NCBI GenBank assembly: GCA_003194425.1
Contig: PQXB01000001.1
Location: 1,049,810 to 1,081,809, forward strand
Source of the DNA: Candidatus Methanophagaceae archaeon
GTDB lineage: Archaea; Halobacteriota; Syntropharchaeia; Alkanophagales; Methanospirareceae
Direction of reading: 5' to 3'
Length of the DNA: 32,000 bases
Positions 7,583 to 15,756 of this stretch are shown in pieces. The translations under genes were made by a program, and so were the position numbers. The number at the start of each line of letters is the position of its first letter. Positions within the stretch are counted from its first letter, which is position 1. The notes beneath the pieces were generated by a model. That model was not told the DNA's origin and ran no database searches. It was given only the letters and a program-made list of their open reading frames with translations.

Positions 7583-8494
7583 ATGTTAAAATTAGAATTA
7601 GAAGGTGTGTATCCGGCGCTGATAACACCGTTTACGAGGGACGACGAGGTGGACGAGGAAGGTCTGAGGCGGCTCGTAGAGTTCGTGGTTGAAGGAGGTG
7701 TCGCAGGAATCGTCCCGTGTGGCACGACCGGGGAGTCCGCGACGCTTTCGCAGGAGGAGCACGAGCGTGTGATTGATGTTGTGGTGGACTGTTCGAGGGT
7801 ACCGGTGATCGCAGGCACGGGCTCGAACAACACGAAGGAGGCGGTAGAGTTCTCGAAGTACGCGGAGGACGCGGGTGCTGACGCGTGCCTCTTGATTACG
7901 CCGTACTACAACAAGCCAAATGTGCGGGGATTGAAGGAGCATTTCAAGAGGATTGGGGACGCGGTGGAGCTGCCGTTAATTTTGTACAACATTCCCTCGA
8001 GGACGGGTCAAAATGTGAGTGCAGGGACGATGCTGGAGCTTGCGGCTGAGGTGGAGGGAATAAAGGGCGTGAAGGAGGCGTCTGGGGATTTGAAGCAGGT
8101 GGGTGCGATTTTAAGCGAGGTCGCGGAGCAGGGTTTGGATTTTACGGTTCTCGCAGGCGACGATTTTCTTACGCTTCCGATAATGAGTCTTGGCGGTAAG
8201 GGCGTGATTTCGGTGGCTGCGAATGTCGTGCCGCGGGAGATGTGCGAGATGGTGGACGCGGTGTTGAGCGGGGCGGCGGAGAAGGCGAGGGAGATTAATG
8301 TTAGGCTGTTCTCGTTGTTTGAGGCGATGTTTCTGGAGACGAATCCGATACCGGTGAAGAAGGCGGCGGAGATGCTGGGTTTGGTGGCGGCAGGGGCTGT
8401 TAGGCTTCCGTTGGGTAAGTTGAGTGAGGGGAACAGGGCGAAGTTGAGGGAGGTGCTGGAGGGGTTGGGGAAGATGAGGGGTTGGGGAAGATAA
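7583..8494 (+). CDS. dapA: 4-hydroxy-tetrahydrodipicolinate synthase (DapA)
   Basis: GVYPALITPF...GIVPCGTTGESATLS...YNKP...LYNIPSRTG...KEASGD are DapA/NAL-family motifs, including the Schiff-base Lys context. ATG 7583 lies 1 nt after the rps17e stop. Confidence 0.9.
   Translation: MLKLELEGVYPALITPFTRDDEVDEEGLRRLVEFVVEGGVAGIVPCGTTGESATLSQEEHERVIDVVVDCSRVPVIAGTGSNNTKEAVEFSKYAEDAGADACLLITPYYNKPNVRGLKEHFKRIGDAVELPLILYNIPSRTGQNVSAGTMLELAAEVEGIKGVKEASGDLKQVGAILSEVAEQGLDFTVLAGDDFLTLPIMSLGGKGVISVAANVVPREMCEMVDAVLSGAAEKAREINVRLFSLFEAMFLETNPIPVKKAAEMLGLVAAGAVRLPLGKLSEGNRAKLREVLEGLGKMRGWGR
8461..8494. repeat. 17-nt tandem repeat x2 (ggggttggggaagatga / ggggttggggaagataa) forming the dapA C-terminus and stop codon
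   Basis: 8461-8477 versus 8478-8494 has one mismatch. The dapA stop TAA (8492-8494) is the end of copy 2. Confidence 0.85.
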
Positions 8495-8743
8495 GGGGGA
8501 TATAAAATTTTTGGTAGTGCTTAAGCGACTTGGATTCTGCGAGTGTTGCCGGCATTGTCGCACCGGTCGCACCGGCGAAGGACGGTGTGTCTTCTCGGTG
8601 ATTTATAAAACGCATTTAGGTCTTCCTAGCCTGAAGGGCAGGGGCAAAAATTCCTTGCGAGAAAAAGAGCGTTCGTTACTTTTAACTGATAAAATATTTT
8701 AGATTTTTGCTGCGGAGGGTAGGGTAGAAGCGGGAAGAAGGGG

Positions 8744-9643
8744 ATGAGAAAGAGTCCTTATCACAAATACGCTTTGCTGGACAACCCGTTTAGGTTTGAG
8801 GCAGGAGGGTTTGAGGCAGGACAGAGGGAGGGGCTAAATCTGCTGAATGTTAAGCAAGAGGAGGACTACGAGTTAGAGGACGCTTTTTTTGACACTTTAG
8901 AGAAGAATCGTAAGACGATTTTACAGATTCTGGGACAGGAGGGAGCGGGAAAGACAGAGCGGTTGCTTTTGCTGGTCGAGAGGGCGAAGGAAGAGGCGGC
9001 GAGCTGCTGCTACCTAAACGCGGGAGGGAAAGGGGGTTTTGTTCTTGTCGCTGAAATCTTGGACGCACTGTCAAAGCCAAAGTTCAGGTCTAAGAGAAAG
9101 CGTTTTGGAATATTCACGCCGGGTTGGCTGCGGGAATTGAGAGGCGTGAGACGGTGGTTTTTAGCCGACGGCGAGGACGAGAAGAAGATAGGAGAGGGCA
9201 GGGTAAGTGCGGCGATTGCGGGTGCGTTGAACGAGTCTTCGCCGAGTTTTCTGCTGCTCGACGATTTTGAGGCGGGCATTGATCTTCGCGTAGTGCGGTT
9301 GCTGCAGGCGGTCTTTGAGAAGGTGGTTAGAGGCGTACTGATCGCAATCGCGGCAGAGAGCGGGCACGGGCAGAGCTGGATTGCGAAGAAGGTAGAGCTC
9401 AGGGGGTTTAACGAGAGGGAGGCGGAGTTGTGTGTTGCGAAGCGGCTCTTGGCTGAACGAACGGTCTCAGAAAAACTTGACCCGCTCTACCCTTTCACTC
9501 CAGCGGCGGTTCGCAAGGTGAACGAGTCGGTGAGAGGGAATCCAAAGCGGCTTCTTGAGGCGTTGGCGGTGATTCTTGACGCCGGCGTTGCGAGGCGAGC
9601 AGAAATTATCGACGAGGAGTTCGTGCTTCGTACAAACTTTTGA
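8744..9643 (+). CDS. P-loop AAA-type ATPase of unknown function (ExeA/AAA_22-like architecture)
   Basis: Walker A GQEGAGKT and Walker B FLLLDDFE. The N-terminal ...LLDNPF and C-terminal ...FTPAAVRKVNESVRGNPKRLLEAL resemble the ExeA-like ATPase layout. No family-specific partner gene is adjacent. Confidence 0.55.
   Translation: MRKSPYHKYALLDNPFRFEAGGFEAGQREGLNLLNVKQEEDYELEDAFFDTLEKNRKTILQILGQEGAGKTERLLLLVERAKEEAASCCYLNAGGKGGFVLVAEILDALSKPKFRSKRKRFGIFTPGWLRELRGVRRWFLADGEDEKKIGEGRVSAAIAGALNESSPSFLLLDDFEAGIDLRVVRLLQAVFEKVVRGVLIAIAAESGHGQSWIAKKVELRGFNEREAELCVAKRLLAERTVSEKLDPLYPFTPAAVRKVNESVRGNPKRLLEALAVILDAGVARRAEIIDEEFVLRTNF
8794..8823. repeat. In-frame 15-nt tandem repeat x2 (gtttgaggcaggagg / gtttgaggcaggaca)
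   Basis: Encodes FEAGG FEAGQ near the ATPase N-terminus. Confidence 0.85.
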
Positions 9644-9744
9644 GAAAAGTTTGACCAAAAAGGCTTCGCAGAAACTATCCTTTGTAATCTCTGCGTCTTT
9701 CGTTCCAAAGCCTCTGCCTTTAACCGAGTTCAATAATTCCTCTT

Positions 9745-9760
9745 CATTAAACTTAAATAC
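9745..9760 (+). promoter_or_regulatory. Putative TATA box for eno (leaderless geometry)
   Basis: cattaaacttaaatac is centred ~28 nt upstream of ATG 9781. No SD motif lies in between. Confidence 0.3.
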
Positions 9761-9780
9761 GCACAAGCCGTTGTAAAAAT

Positions 9781-11070
9781 ATGACCTCCGCAACGATAAA
9801 ATGGCTGAAGGGAAGGGAGATTTTGGACTCGCGTGGAAATCCGACCGTTGAGGTAGAGGTGCGAACAGAGAGCGGTTTTGGCAGGGCGAGCGTGCCTTCT
9901 GGTGCGTCCACGGGAAGCAAAGAGGCGTGGGAGAAGCGAGACGGCGAGAAAAATCGGTTCGGCGGCAAAGGAGTTCTTAAAGCCGTTGAAATCGTGAACA
10001 CGGTGGTAAGAGAAGAATTGTTGGGGCGGAACGCTCTCGAGCAGCGGGAAATCGACGACATTTTAATCGCACTCGACGGGACCGAGAACAAGGAGCGGTT
10101 GGGGGCGAACGCTCTTCTCGGGACTTCGATGGCGGTCTGCAAGGCGGCTGCGGACTCGCTAAAAAAACCGCTCTTTAAATATCTTCGCGAGGAGGTTGTC
10201 AAAATGAAATCACAATTTGAACTCCCGACGCCGATGATGAATGTGATAAACGGCGGTAAGCACGCTGGCAACGAGCTGAGCATTCAGGAGTTTCTTATTC
10301 TGCCCCTAGGTTTTGAGCGGTTCAGCGAGAAGTTGAGGTTCAGCGAGAAGTTGAGAGCAGGCGTCGAGACCTACCACGCTCTTAAAAAGGTCTTGGAGCG
10401 GAAGCCGAGGTACGGGAAGGCAGCCACGAATGTCGGGGACGAGGGTGGCTACGCACCGCAAATGCGTGAGACGACGGAGGCACTCGAGGCGGTTGTAGAG
10501 GCAGTAAGCGAGGCAGGTTACTCGGAAACCGAAATACGGCTCGGCGTTGACGCTGCGGCTTCGAGCTTCTTTGACCTCGAGACGCGGAAATACAAAATTG
10601 ACGGCGTCGAGAAGGACGGCTCTGAACTGATTGATTTTTACGAGGGGCTTGTGGAAAAATACCCGTTAGAACTGCTGGAGGACCCGTTTGAGGAGGACTC
10701 GTTCGGGCTGTTCGCGGAACTGACGGCTAAAACCAAGATGCAGCGGAAAATAATCGTCGGCGACGACCTCTTCGTCACAAATGTCAAGCGACTTCGGGAG
10801 GGCGTAAAAAAGAAGGCGGCGAACGCGGTTCTCCTGAAGTTGAACCAAATTGGCACTGTCTCGGAGACGCTGGAGACTGTTAGGTTGGCGGGAGAGAGCG
10901 GGTACAAGAAGGTCGTCAGCCACAGGTCTGGCGAGACCGAAGACACTTTCATCGCGGATTTCGCGGTCGCGATAAACGCGGAGATAATAAAAACCGGCGC
11001 CCCTGCAAGAAGCGAGCGAACCTGCAAATACAACCAACTGCTGCGGATTGAGGAGGCGTTGACTGAGTAG
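9781..11070 (+). CDS. eno: Enolase (phosphopyruvate hydratase) with a 6-aa tandem duplication
   Basis: ILDSRGNPTVEVEV...SVPSGASTG..EA.E.RDG...GKGV...IQEFLILP...GDEGG(Y)AP...DDLFVTN...LLKLNQIGTVSE...SHRSGETED are canonical enolase motifs throughout. Confidence 0.95.
   Translation: MTSATIKWLKGREILDSRGNPTVEVEVRTESGFGRASVPSGASTGSKEAWEKRDGEKNRFGGKGVLKAVEIVNTVVREELLGRNALEQREIDDILIALDGTENKERLGANALLGTSMAVCKAAADSLKKPLFKYLREEVVKMKSQFELPTPMMNVINGGKHAGNELSIQEFLILPLGFERFSEKLRFSEKLRAGVETYHALKKVLERKPRYGKAATNVGDEGGYAPQMRETTEALEAVVEAVSEAGYSETEIRLGVDAAASSFFDLETRKYKIDGVEKDGSELIDFYEGLVEKYPLELLEDPFEEDSFGLFAELTAKTKMQRKIIVGDDLFVTNVKRLREGVKKKAANAVLLKLNQIGTVSETLETVRLAGESGYKKVVSHRSGETEDTFIADFAVAINAEIIKTGAPARSERTCKYNQLLRIEEALTE
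10320..10355. repeat. In-frame perfect 18-nt tandem repeat x2 (gttcagcgagaagttgag) inside eno
   Basis: 10320-10337 equals 10338-10355. Encodes FSEKLR FSEKLR just after the QEFLILP motif. Confidence 0.93.
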
Positions 11071-11126
11071 AGACAGAGAAGTTGAGACAGAGAAGTTGAG
11101 ACAGAGAAGTTGAGACAGAGAAGTTG
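11071..11126. repeat. Perfect 14-nt tandem repeat x4 (agacagagaagttg) starting at the base after the eno stop codon
   Basis: Units 11071-84, 11085-98, 11099-112 and 11113-126 are identical. Confidence 0.95.
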
Positions 11127-11152
11127 ATGGAGTAGAAACAGGGACAAGGAGA

Positions 11153-12184
11153 ATGCCCGCGTCCGCGTCCGTGTCAGTCGTAATTTGCACGCACCGAAGC
11201 GAGAGGTTTGGGGATTTTTTAGAGGCGGTAGAGAGCCTGAAAGCCCAATCTTTCACCACTTGCGGCGACTACGTGAACCTTGACCTTGAAATCGTCGTGG
11301 TCGTGGACGGGAACAGGGAGTTGTTTGAGCGGATTTTAAAAGCTGGAGTTGTGGGACAGGAGCAGGGGGTAAAAACGATTTTGAACGAGCAGAATTTGGG
11401 TCTTTCAGAAAGCAGGAACAGGGGCATAAAAGAGGCGAAAGGAGATGTAATTGCGTTCTTCGACGACGACGCGGTTGCGGACAAGAAATGGCTGCGGGAG
11501 TTGCTGAGGGCGTACAGTGAGGGGGAAGAAGAGGTGGGAAGAGTAGCGAAGTTGAGCGGTGCGATCGCGGCAGGTGGAAAAATCCTGCCGATGTGGATTT
11601 CAAACTCAAATACAAAGACAAAGTCAGGGAGGCCGAAATTTCTGCCAGAGGAGTTTTACTGGCTGCTCGGGGTGACGCACAAGGGGTTTGCCGAGAGCGA
11701 AGGTTCCGGGGGGCTGGTAGAGGTGCGGAACACCTTCGGGTCGAACCTCAGTTTCAAAGCAGAGGTCTTGAGGGCGTTGGGCGGGTTCAGGACGGAAATG
11801 GGCGTGAAAGGGCGGAGAGGGCTTTTGCAGGGCGAGGAGACAGAGCTGTGCGAGCGAATGCGGGAACGGTTCGGACAGGGCGTCGTTTACAACCCTGCGG
11901 CAGTTGTTTACCACAAAATCTACCCAGAGCGGTTGAAACTGCGGTTTCTCTTGCGGCGAGCTTTCTGGCAGGGCTACTCAAAACGAATGATGAAAGAGGC
12001 GGGCTCTTCGGTGAGCGAGGAGGAGAAGTTTGTGCGGGTTTTGTTTGGTGGCGTCGTTGAGAGGCTAAAAGCGAAGTCGTTGGTCGCGTTCGGGCAGTTG
12101 GCGGTTCTGCTGCTTCTTACTTCTGCTGTGGGCTTGGGGTATTTTTTTAAATTTTTTAAAGGCAAAAAAATCATAAAAAAGTAA
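11153..12184 (+). CDS. Family 2 glycosyltransferase (GT-A fold) with C-terminal membrane helices
   Basis: VSVVICTHRSERF...AVESLKAQ...GLSESRNRGIKEAKGDVIAFFDDDAVAD (DxD) is the GT2 pattern. A hydrophobic C-terminal segment is present. Confidence 0.8.
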   Translation: MPASASVSVVICTHRSERFGDFLEAVESLKAQSFTTCGDYVNLDLEIVVVVDGNRELFERILKAGVVGQEQGVKTILNEQNLGLSESRNRGIKEAKGDVIAFFDDDAVADKKWLRELLRAYSEGEEEVGRVAKLSGAIAAGGKILPMWISNSNTKTKSGRPKFLPEEFYWLLGVTHKGFAESEGSGGLVEVRNTFGSNLSFKAEVLRALGGFRTEMGVKGRRGLLQGEETELCERMRERFGQGVVYNPAAVVYHKIYPERLKLRFLLRRAFWQGYSKRMMKEAGSSVSEEEKFVRVLFGGVVERLKAKSLVAFGQLAVLLLLTSAVGLGYFFKFFKGKKIIKK

Positions 12185-12197
12185 AAAAGCATAAAAA

Positions 12198-13214
12198 ATG
12201 CGTCGCAGAATAATCTGGGTAAGACCTCGTAAAGAGAAAAATATCAGCATTGACCGAGGCAGAATTGCAGAGAAATTAGAGGAAAGGGGAAAATTAGAGG
12301 AAAGGGGAAACTATGAAGTTGTGGTTAAAACTGGAATTGATTTTGGTCTGCTAAAACTACTTCTCTTTGGCAGGTACGATTGTTTGGTTGGCACGACGAG
12401 AATTGGTGCAGTTGCTGGACTGCTTGCCAAGATGCGGGCTAAAAAAGTCTTTATTGACCACGTTGACCCGATCGAGCAGTTTAGAGTAACCGACGGTAGG
12501 TTTAAGGCAAGGGTGGTAGAAGGTGTCGAGAATTTAGCTTTTCGTTTTTCTGACGCTGTCTTTCTTACGAATGAGGAAGATAAGCTAAGAGTAAGCAAAA
12601 GAGCGAAAAAAATGATAGTATCAAGATTAGGAATAGATTATAAAAGCTTTGCAAATACAAGTAAAAATGCAATAGAAAAGGCGGAATCTCTTTTGAAATC
12701 AAAAGATATAAATATAAGAGATAAAATTGTTACTTACACAGGTGGTTTTGAGGACATCTATCATCTCGACAAATTGGTTTTGGCTATGAAACTATTAAAG
12801 GATTGGCTGCTCCTCCTGGCAGGTTCAGGAAGTGCTGAAGACAAGCTCAGGGAAATAGTGCAAAAGGAGGGGTTGGAGAATGTGCATTTCTTGGGCTCGT
12901 TGAATCATAATTTTATCCCTGGCATTCTTCTCTTCTCAAATGTCTGCGTTACGCTTTGTGAGACGCCGAGGCAGCAAAAAATTCTTGAGTACGCTGCCAG
13001 CAGAACGCCGATCGTTGCTCCGAAGAAAGTGAAAAAGATGTTCCCTCGCGTTCAAGCGACTGATTTAGAACCTGGCGAAGTAGCCTCAAATATTAAGAAA
13101 GCGGTGAAAGTACCTGACTCGTGGTTAGCCGAATTCCAAGCAGAAACGCAGAAATATGATTATGAAAAAGTAGCAGATTTATACGAATTCGTTATAAAAG
13201 ACTTACTTTTATAA
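12198..13214 (+). CDS. Putative GT-B (GT4/GT1-like) glycosyltransferase
   Basis: C-terminal half: LLLAGSGSAEDKLREIV...VHFLGSL...ILEYAASRTPIVAP resembles the GT4 donor-binding domain. The N-terminal half is weakly informative. Confidence 0.55.
   Translation: MRRRIIWVRPRKEKNISIDRGRIAEKLEERGKLEERGNYEVVVKTGIDFGLLKLLLFGRYDCLVGTTRIGAVAGLLAKMRAKKVFIDHVDPIEQFRVTDGRFKARVVEGVENLAFRFSDAVFLTNEEDKLRVSKRAKKMIVSRLGIDYKSFANTSKNAIEKAESLLKSKDINIRDKIVTYTGGFEDIYHLDKLVLAMKLLKDWLLLLAGSGSAEDKLREIVQKEGLENVHFLGSLNHNFIPGILLFSNVCVTLCETPRQQKILEYAASRTPIVAPKKVKKMFPRVQATDLEPGEVASNIKKAVKVPDSWLAEFQAETQKYDYEKVADLYEFVIKDLLL
12273..12308. repeat. In-frame perfect 18-nt tandem repeat x2 (aaattagaggaaagggga)
   Basis: 12273-12290 equals 12291-12308. 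Encodes KLEERG KLEERG. Confidence 0.93.
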
Positions 13215-13223
13215 ATTTTAACG

Positions 13224-13961
13224 ATGAAGGAGGAAGCAGCAATTAAAGTCCTACACCAAGCAAAGGCAGCACTCGACAAAGAGGATGTTGAGTTTTGGTT
13301 AGATTTTGGGACATTGTTGGGTGCTGTAAGGGACGGAAAATTCATTGCGTGGGAGAACGACATCGATTTTGGCACTTGGCGAGCGAATGCCTCTAAAGTA
13401 TTTTCAGCATTCCGAAAACTTCGCGAAAACGAGAAAGGGTTTATAAAAGTGTGTGACGAAAACCAGTGCATAAAGTTTATAACAGAAAATGGCTGTCGTC
13501 TCGATGTTACTTTATATCGTTTAGAAGGGAGCAGTGCAGTGAGGAAATTTTTTCCGATGAAACAAACAAACACAGGACTTCTTCTTTCTCATTTGCGAGA
13601 TGTGTTAGCAATTCCGCCTCACATAAAACTCAACCCTGAAGAGCTGAGAGCGCCGTTCGTCACGCAAAACCTCTTTAAAATTACCCGCCCGCTCCCCTCC
13701 TCGTGGAGAAGGCAACTCGCTAAAATTGTGACGAAGGTTTATAAAAAAATTGGCTGCAACTGTGTTCAGGTGGCAGTGCCGAGCCACTATTTTATGAATT
13801 TATCAAGCATAAATTTTTATGGGGCGGAATTTAAAGTGCCTGCTGAGACGGTGGAGTACTTGGCTTACAAGTACGGTGAAGATTGGAGGGTCCCAAGACG
13901 GGATTGGGTGTACTACGAAGACGACCGTTCAATTGTAGAAAAAATAAATAAAGAAGCGTAG
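13224..13961 (+). CDS. LicD-family phosphotransferase (transfers a phospho- or phosphono-alcohol from a CDP/CMP-activated donor to a glycan)
   Basis: FWLDFGTLLGAVRDGKFIAWENDIDFG (LicD GTLLG...DxD core) and the C-terminal ...FYGAEFKVPAETVEYLAYKYGEDW. Confidence 0.75.
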   Translation: MKEEAAIKVLHQAKAALDKEDVEFWLDFGTLLGAVRDGKFIAWENDIDFGTWRANASKVFSAFRKLRENEKGFIKVCDENQCIKFITENGCRLDVTLYRLEGSSAVRKFFPMKQTNTGLLLSHLRDVLAIPPHIKLNPEELRAPFVTQNLFKITRPLPSSWRRQLAKIVTKVYKKIGCNCVQVAVPSHYFMNLSSINFYGAEFKVPAETVEYLAYKYGEDWRVPRRDWVYYEDDRSIVEKINKEA

Positions 13962-13983
13962 AAAAAAGAAAGGAGAGAAAAAT

Positions 13984-14092
13984 AAGGGAGAGGAGGAAAG
14001 GAGAGAGGAAGAAAGGAGAGAGGAGGAAAGGGGAGAGGAGGAAAGGAGAGAGGAAGAGAGAAGGAAGAGGAAAGAGGGAGGAGGGGAAAAAA
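13984..14092. repeat. 109-nt uninterrupted polypurine tract (+ strand) with a 15-nt periodic core (ggagagaggaRgaaa, ~5 units at 13985-14059), ending at the ppm start codon
   Basis: Read base by base: only a and g from 13984 to 14092. The whole 130-nt intergenic gap contains a single T (13983) after the upstream stop. There are multiple GGAGG motifs. Confidence 0.93.
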
Positions 14093-15756
14093 TGATAAAA
14101 TCTAAAAAATTAAGGGAGCTGTTTAAGAAAGACGGCGTGATAAAAATAGTAGGAGCGCACGACGGAATTACAGCCAAATTAGTAGAGCTGAACGGTTTTG
14201 ACGGCGTTTGGGCGAGCGGACTTGAAGTCTCAACTTCGTACGCAGTTCCTGACGCAAATATTCTAACGATGACGCAGTACCTTCAAGCGGCTTCGGTAAT
14301 GAACGACGCAGTCTCAATTCCCGTCGTTGCCGACTGCGACACAGGCTACGGGAACTCAAACAATGTAATGTTTATGGTGAAAAAATATGAAACAGCAGGG
14401 ATTGCCGCGGTCACAATCGAAGATAAATTATTCCCAAAGGTTAACAGCTACATTCCAGGGCGTCAAGAATTAGCACCCATTGCCGAGTTTGTAGGTAAGA
14501 TTTTAGCGGCTAAAAATGCGCAGGCGACCGAGGATTTTATGGTTATCGCAAGAGTAGAGGCACTGATTGCAGGGTGGGGGCAGGAGGAAGCGTTGAAGAG
14601 GGCACACGCTTATGTGCAGGCAGGTGCGGACGCGATTCTCATTCACTCCAAAGCCAGCACGCCTGATGAAATCGCTCGTTTTGCGAAGGCGTGGGACTTC
14701 TCTGCTCCTTTAGTCATCGTTCCTACGGCGTATCCTATGATCTCTTTAGAAGAGGTAGAGGAGTTGGGTGTGAAAATGGTGATCTACGCGAATCACGGGC
14801 TGAGGGCGGAAATTAAAGCAATAAACGAAGTCCTTTCTCAAATCCGGGAAGAAGGGCGATTGGACAGAATAAACGACAAAATTGTGCCGATGAGCGAGGT
14901 CTTTGAACTTCAGGGAATGACGCAGATGAAAGAGACAGAGAAGATCTTTTTGAGGTCCGGCGAAGAGGAGGTTAAAGTAATTATTCCCGCTGCAGGCGCA
15001 CCTTCTGCCCACAATCAAACCTCGCTCGAACCCCTACTTCAAGACAGACCGCTCGCTGCGTTAGACATAAACGGCAAGTCCATTTTACAGCGGAACATTG
15101 AGACTCTGAACAAGAGCAAGTTGTACGACATTTCGGTAGTTAGAGGCTACAAGAAGGCAGCGTTAGGGGTAGAGGGCGTGACTTATTTTGACAATCCGAA
15201 ACACCAGTCGGAGCACATTTTGAGTTCGATTTTCTGCGCCGAAGAGAAAATGGACTGCAAGACTTTGATTATTTATTCTGATATTTTATTTGAGAATTGG
15301 TTAATTGAACGTTTGAAATCCGTGAATTCTGATTTTGTAATTGTTGTTGACAATTCATTTAAAAGATCGCTCAACCGAAACAAGAAGTTAGACTTGGTTG
15401 TCACGAAAGAGAGTTTGGTCTTGGGCGACCGCGTCTTGACTTACGAGCATTTGTACGAGGTGGAGAAAATAGGCAAGACGCTTCCCGAAGAGACTGCAAG
15501 TGCGGAATTTATCGGCGTAGCAATGTTCTCTAAAAAGGGCGTTGAGATTTTTAAAAAAGTGTACCACGACGCGTTAAGAGAATACAAAAATAAACCTTTT
15601 CACGAGGCGGAGAATATATTTCAGGCTTCGTTAGAAGACCTGCTGCAGCATTTAATCGAGCTTGGTTACAAGGTGGAGGCGCTGCAGGTAAATTCGGGCT
15701 GGATGGAAATTCACACTTTTGAGAACTACAAATTTGCCTGCTCGATCGTTCGTTAA
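14092..15756 (+). CDS. ppm: Phosphoenolpyruvate mutase (N-terminal ~290 aa) fused to a nucleotidyltransferase domain (C-terminal ~250 aa)
   Basis: Isocitrate-lyase/PEP-mutase fold (GAHDGITAKL...ADCDTGYGN) with the Ppm-specific signature EDKLFPKVNS (EDKX5NS). The C-terminal half starts VIIPAAG... and looks like a sugar/alcohol-phosphate NTP-transferase. Confidence 0.9.
   Translation: MIKSKKLRELFKKDGVIKIVGAHDGITAKLVELNGFDGVWASGLEVSTSYAVPDANILTMTQYLQAASVMNDAVSIPVVADCDTGYGNSNNVMFMVKKYETAGIAAVTIEDKLFPKVNSYIPGRQELAPIAEFVGKILAAKNAQATEDFMVIARVEALIAGWGQEEALKRAHAYVQAGADAILIHSKASTPDEIARFAKAWDFSAPLVIVPTAYPMISLEEVEELGVKMVIYANHGLRAEIKAINEVLSQIREEGRLDRINDKIVPMSEVFELQGMTQMKETEKIFLRSGEEEVKVIIPAAGAPSAHNQTSLEPLLQDRPLAALDINGKSILQRNIETLNKSKLYDISVVRGYKKAALGVEGVTYFDNPKHQSEHILSSIFCAEEKMDCKTLIIYSDILFENWLIERLKSVNSDFVIVVDNSFKRSLNRNKKLDLVVTKESLVLGDRVLTYEHLYEVEKIGKTLPEETASAEFIGVAMFSKKGVEIFKKVYHDALREYKNKPFHEAENIFQASLEDLLQHLIELGYKVEALQVNSGWMEIHTFENYKFACSIVR

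Noticed and set aside
8495-8743. A tRNA, C/D-box sRNA or SRP-like RNA in the dapA-ATPase spacer.
   Set aside because: There is no GTTCGAATC-type T-loop or cloverleaf on either strand. The only weak box-like elements are GTGATTT near 8598 and CTGA at 8631 and 8684, and their spacing does not fit a C/D sRNA. No conserved SRP helix-8 motif was recognised.
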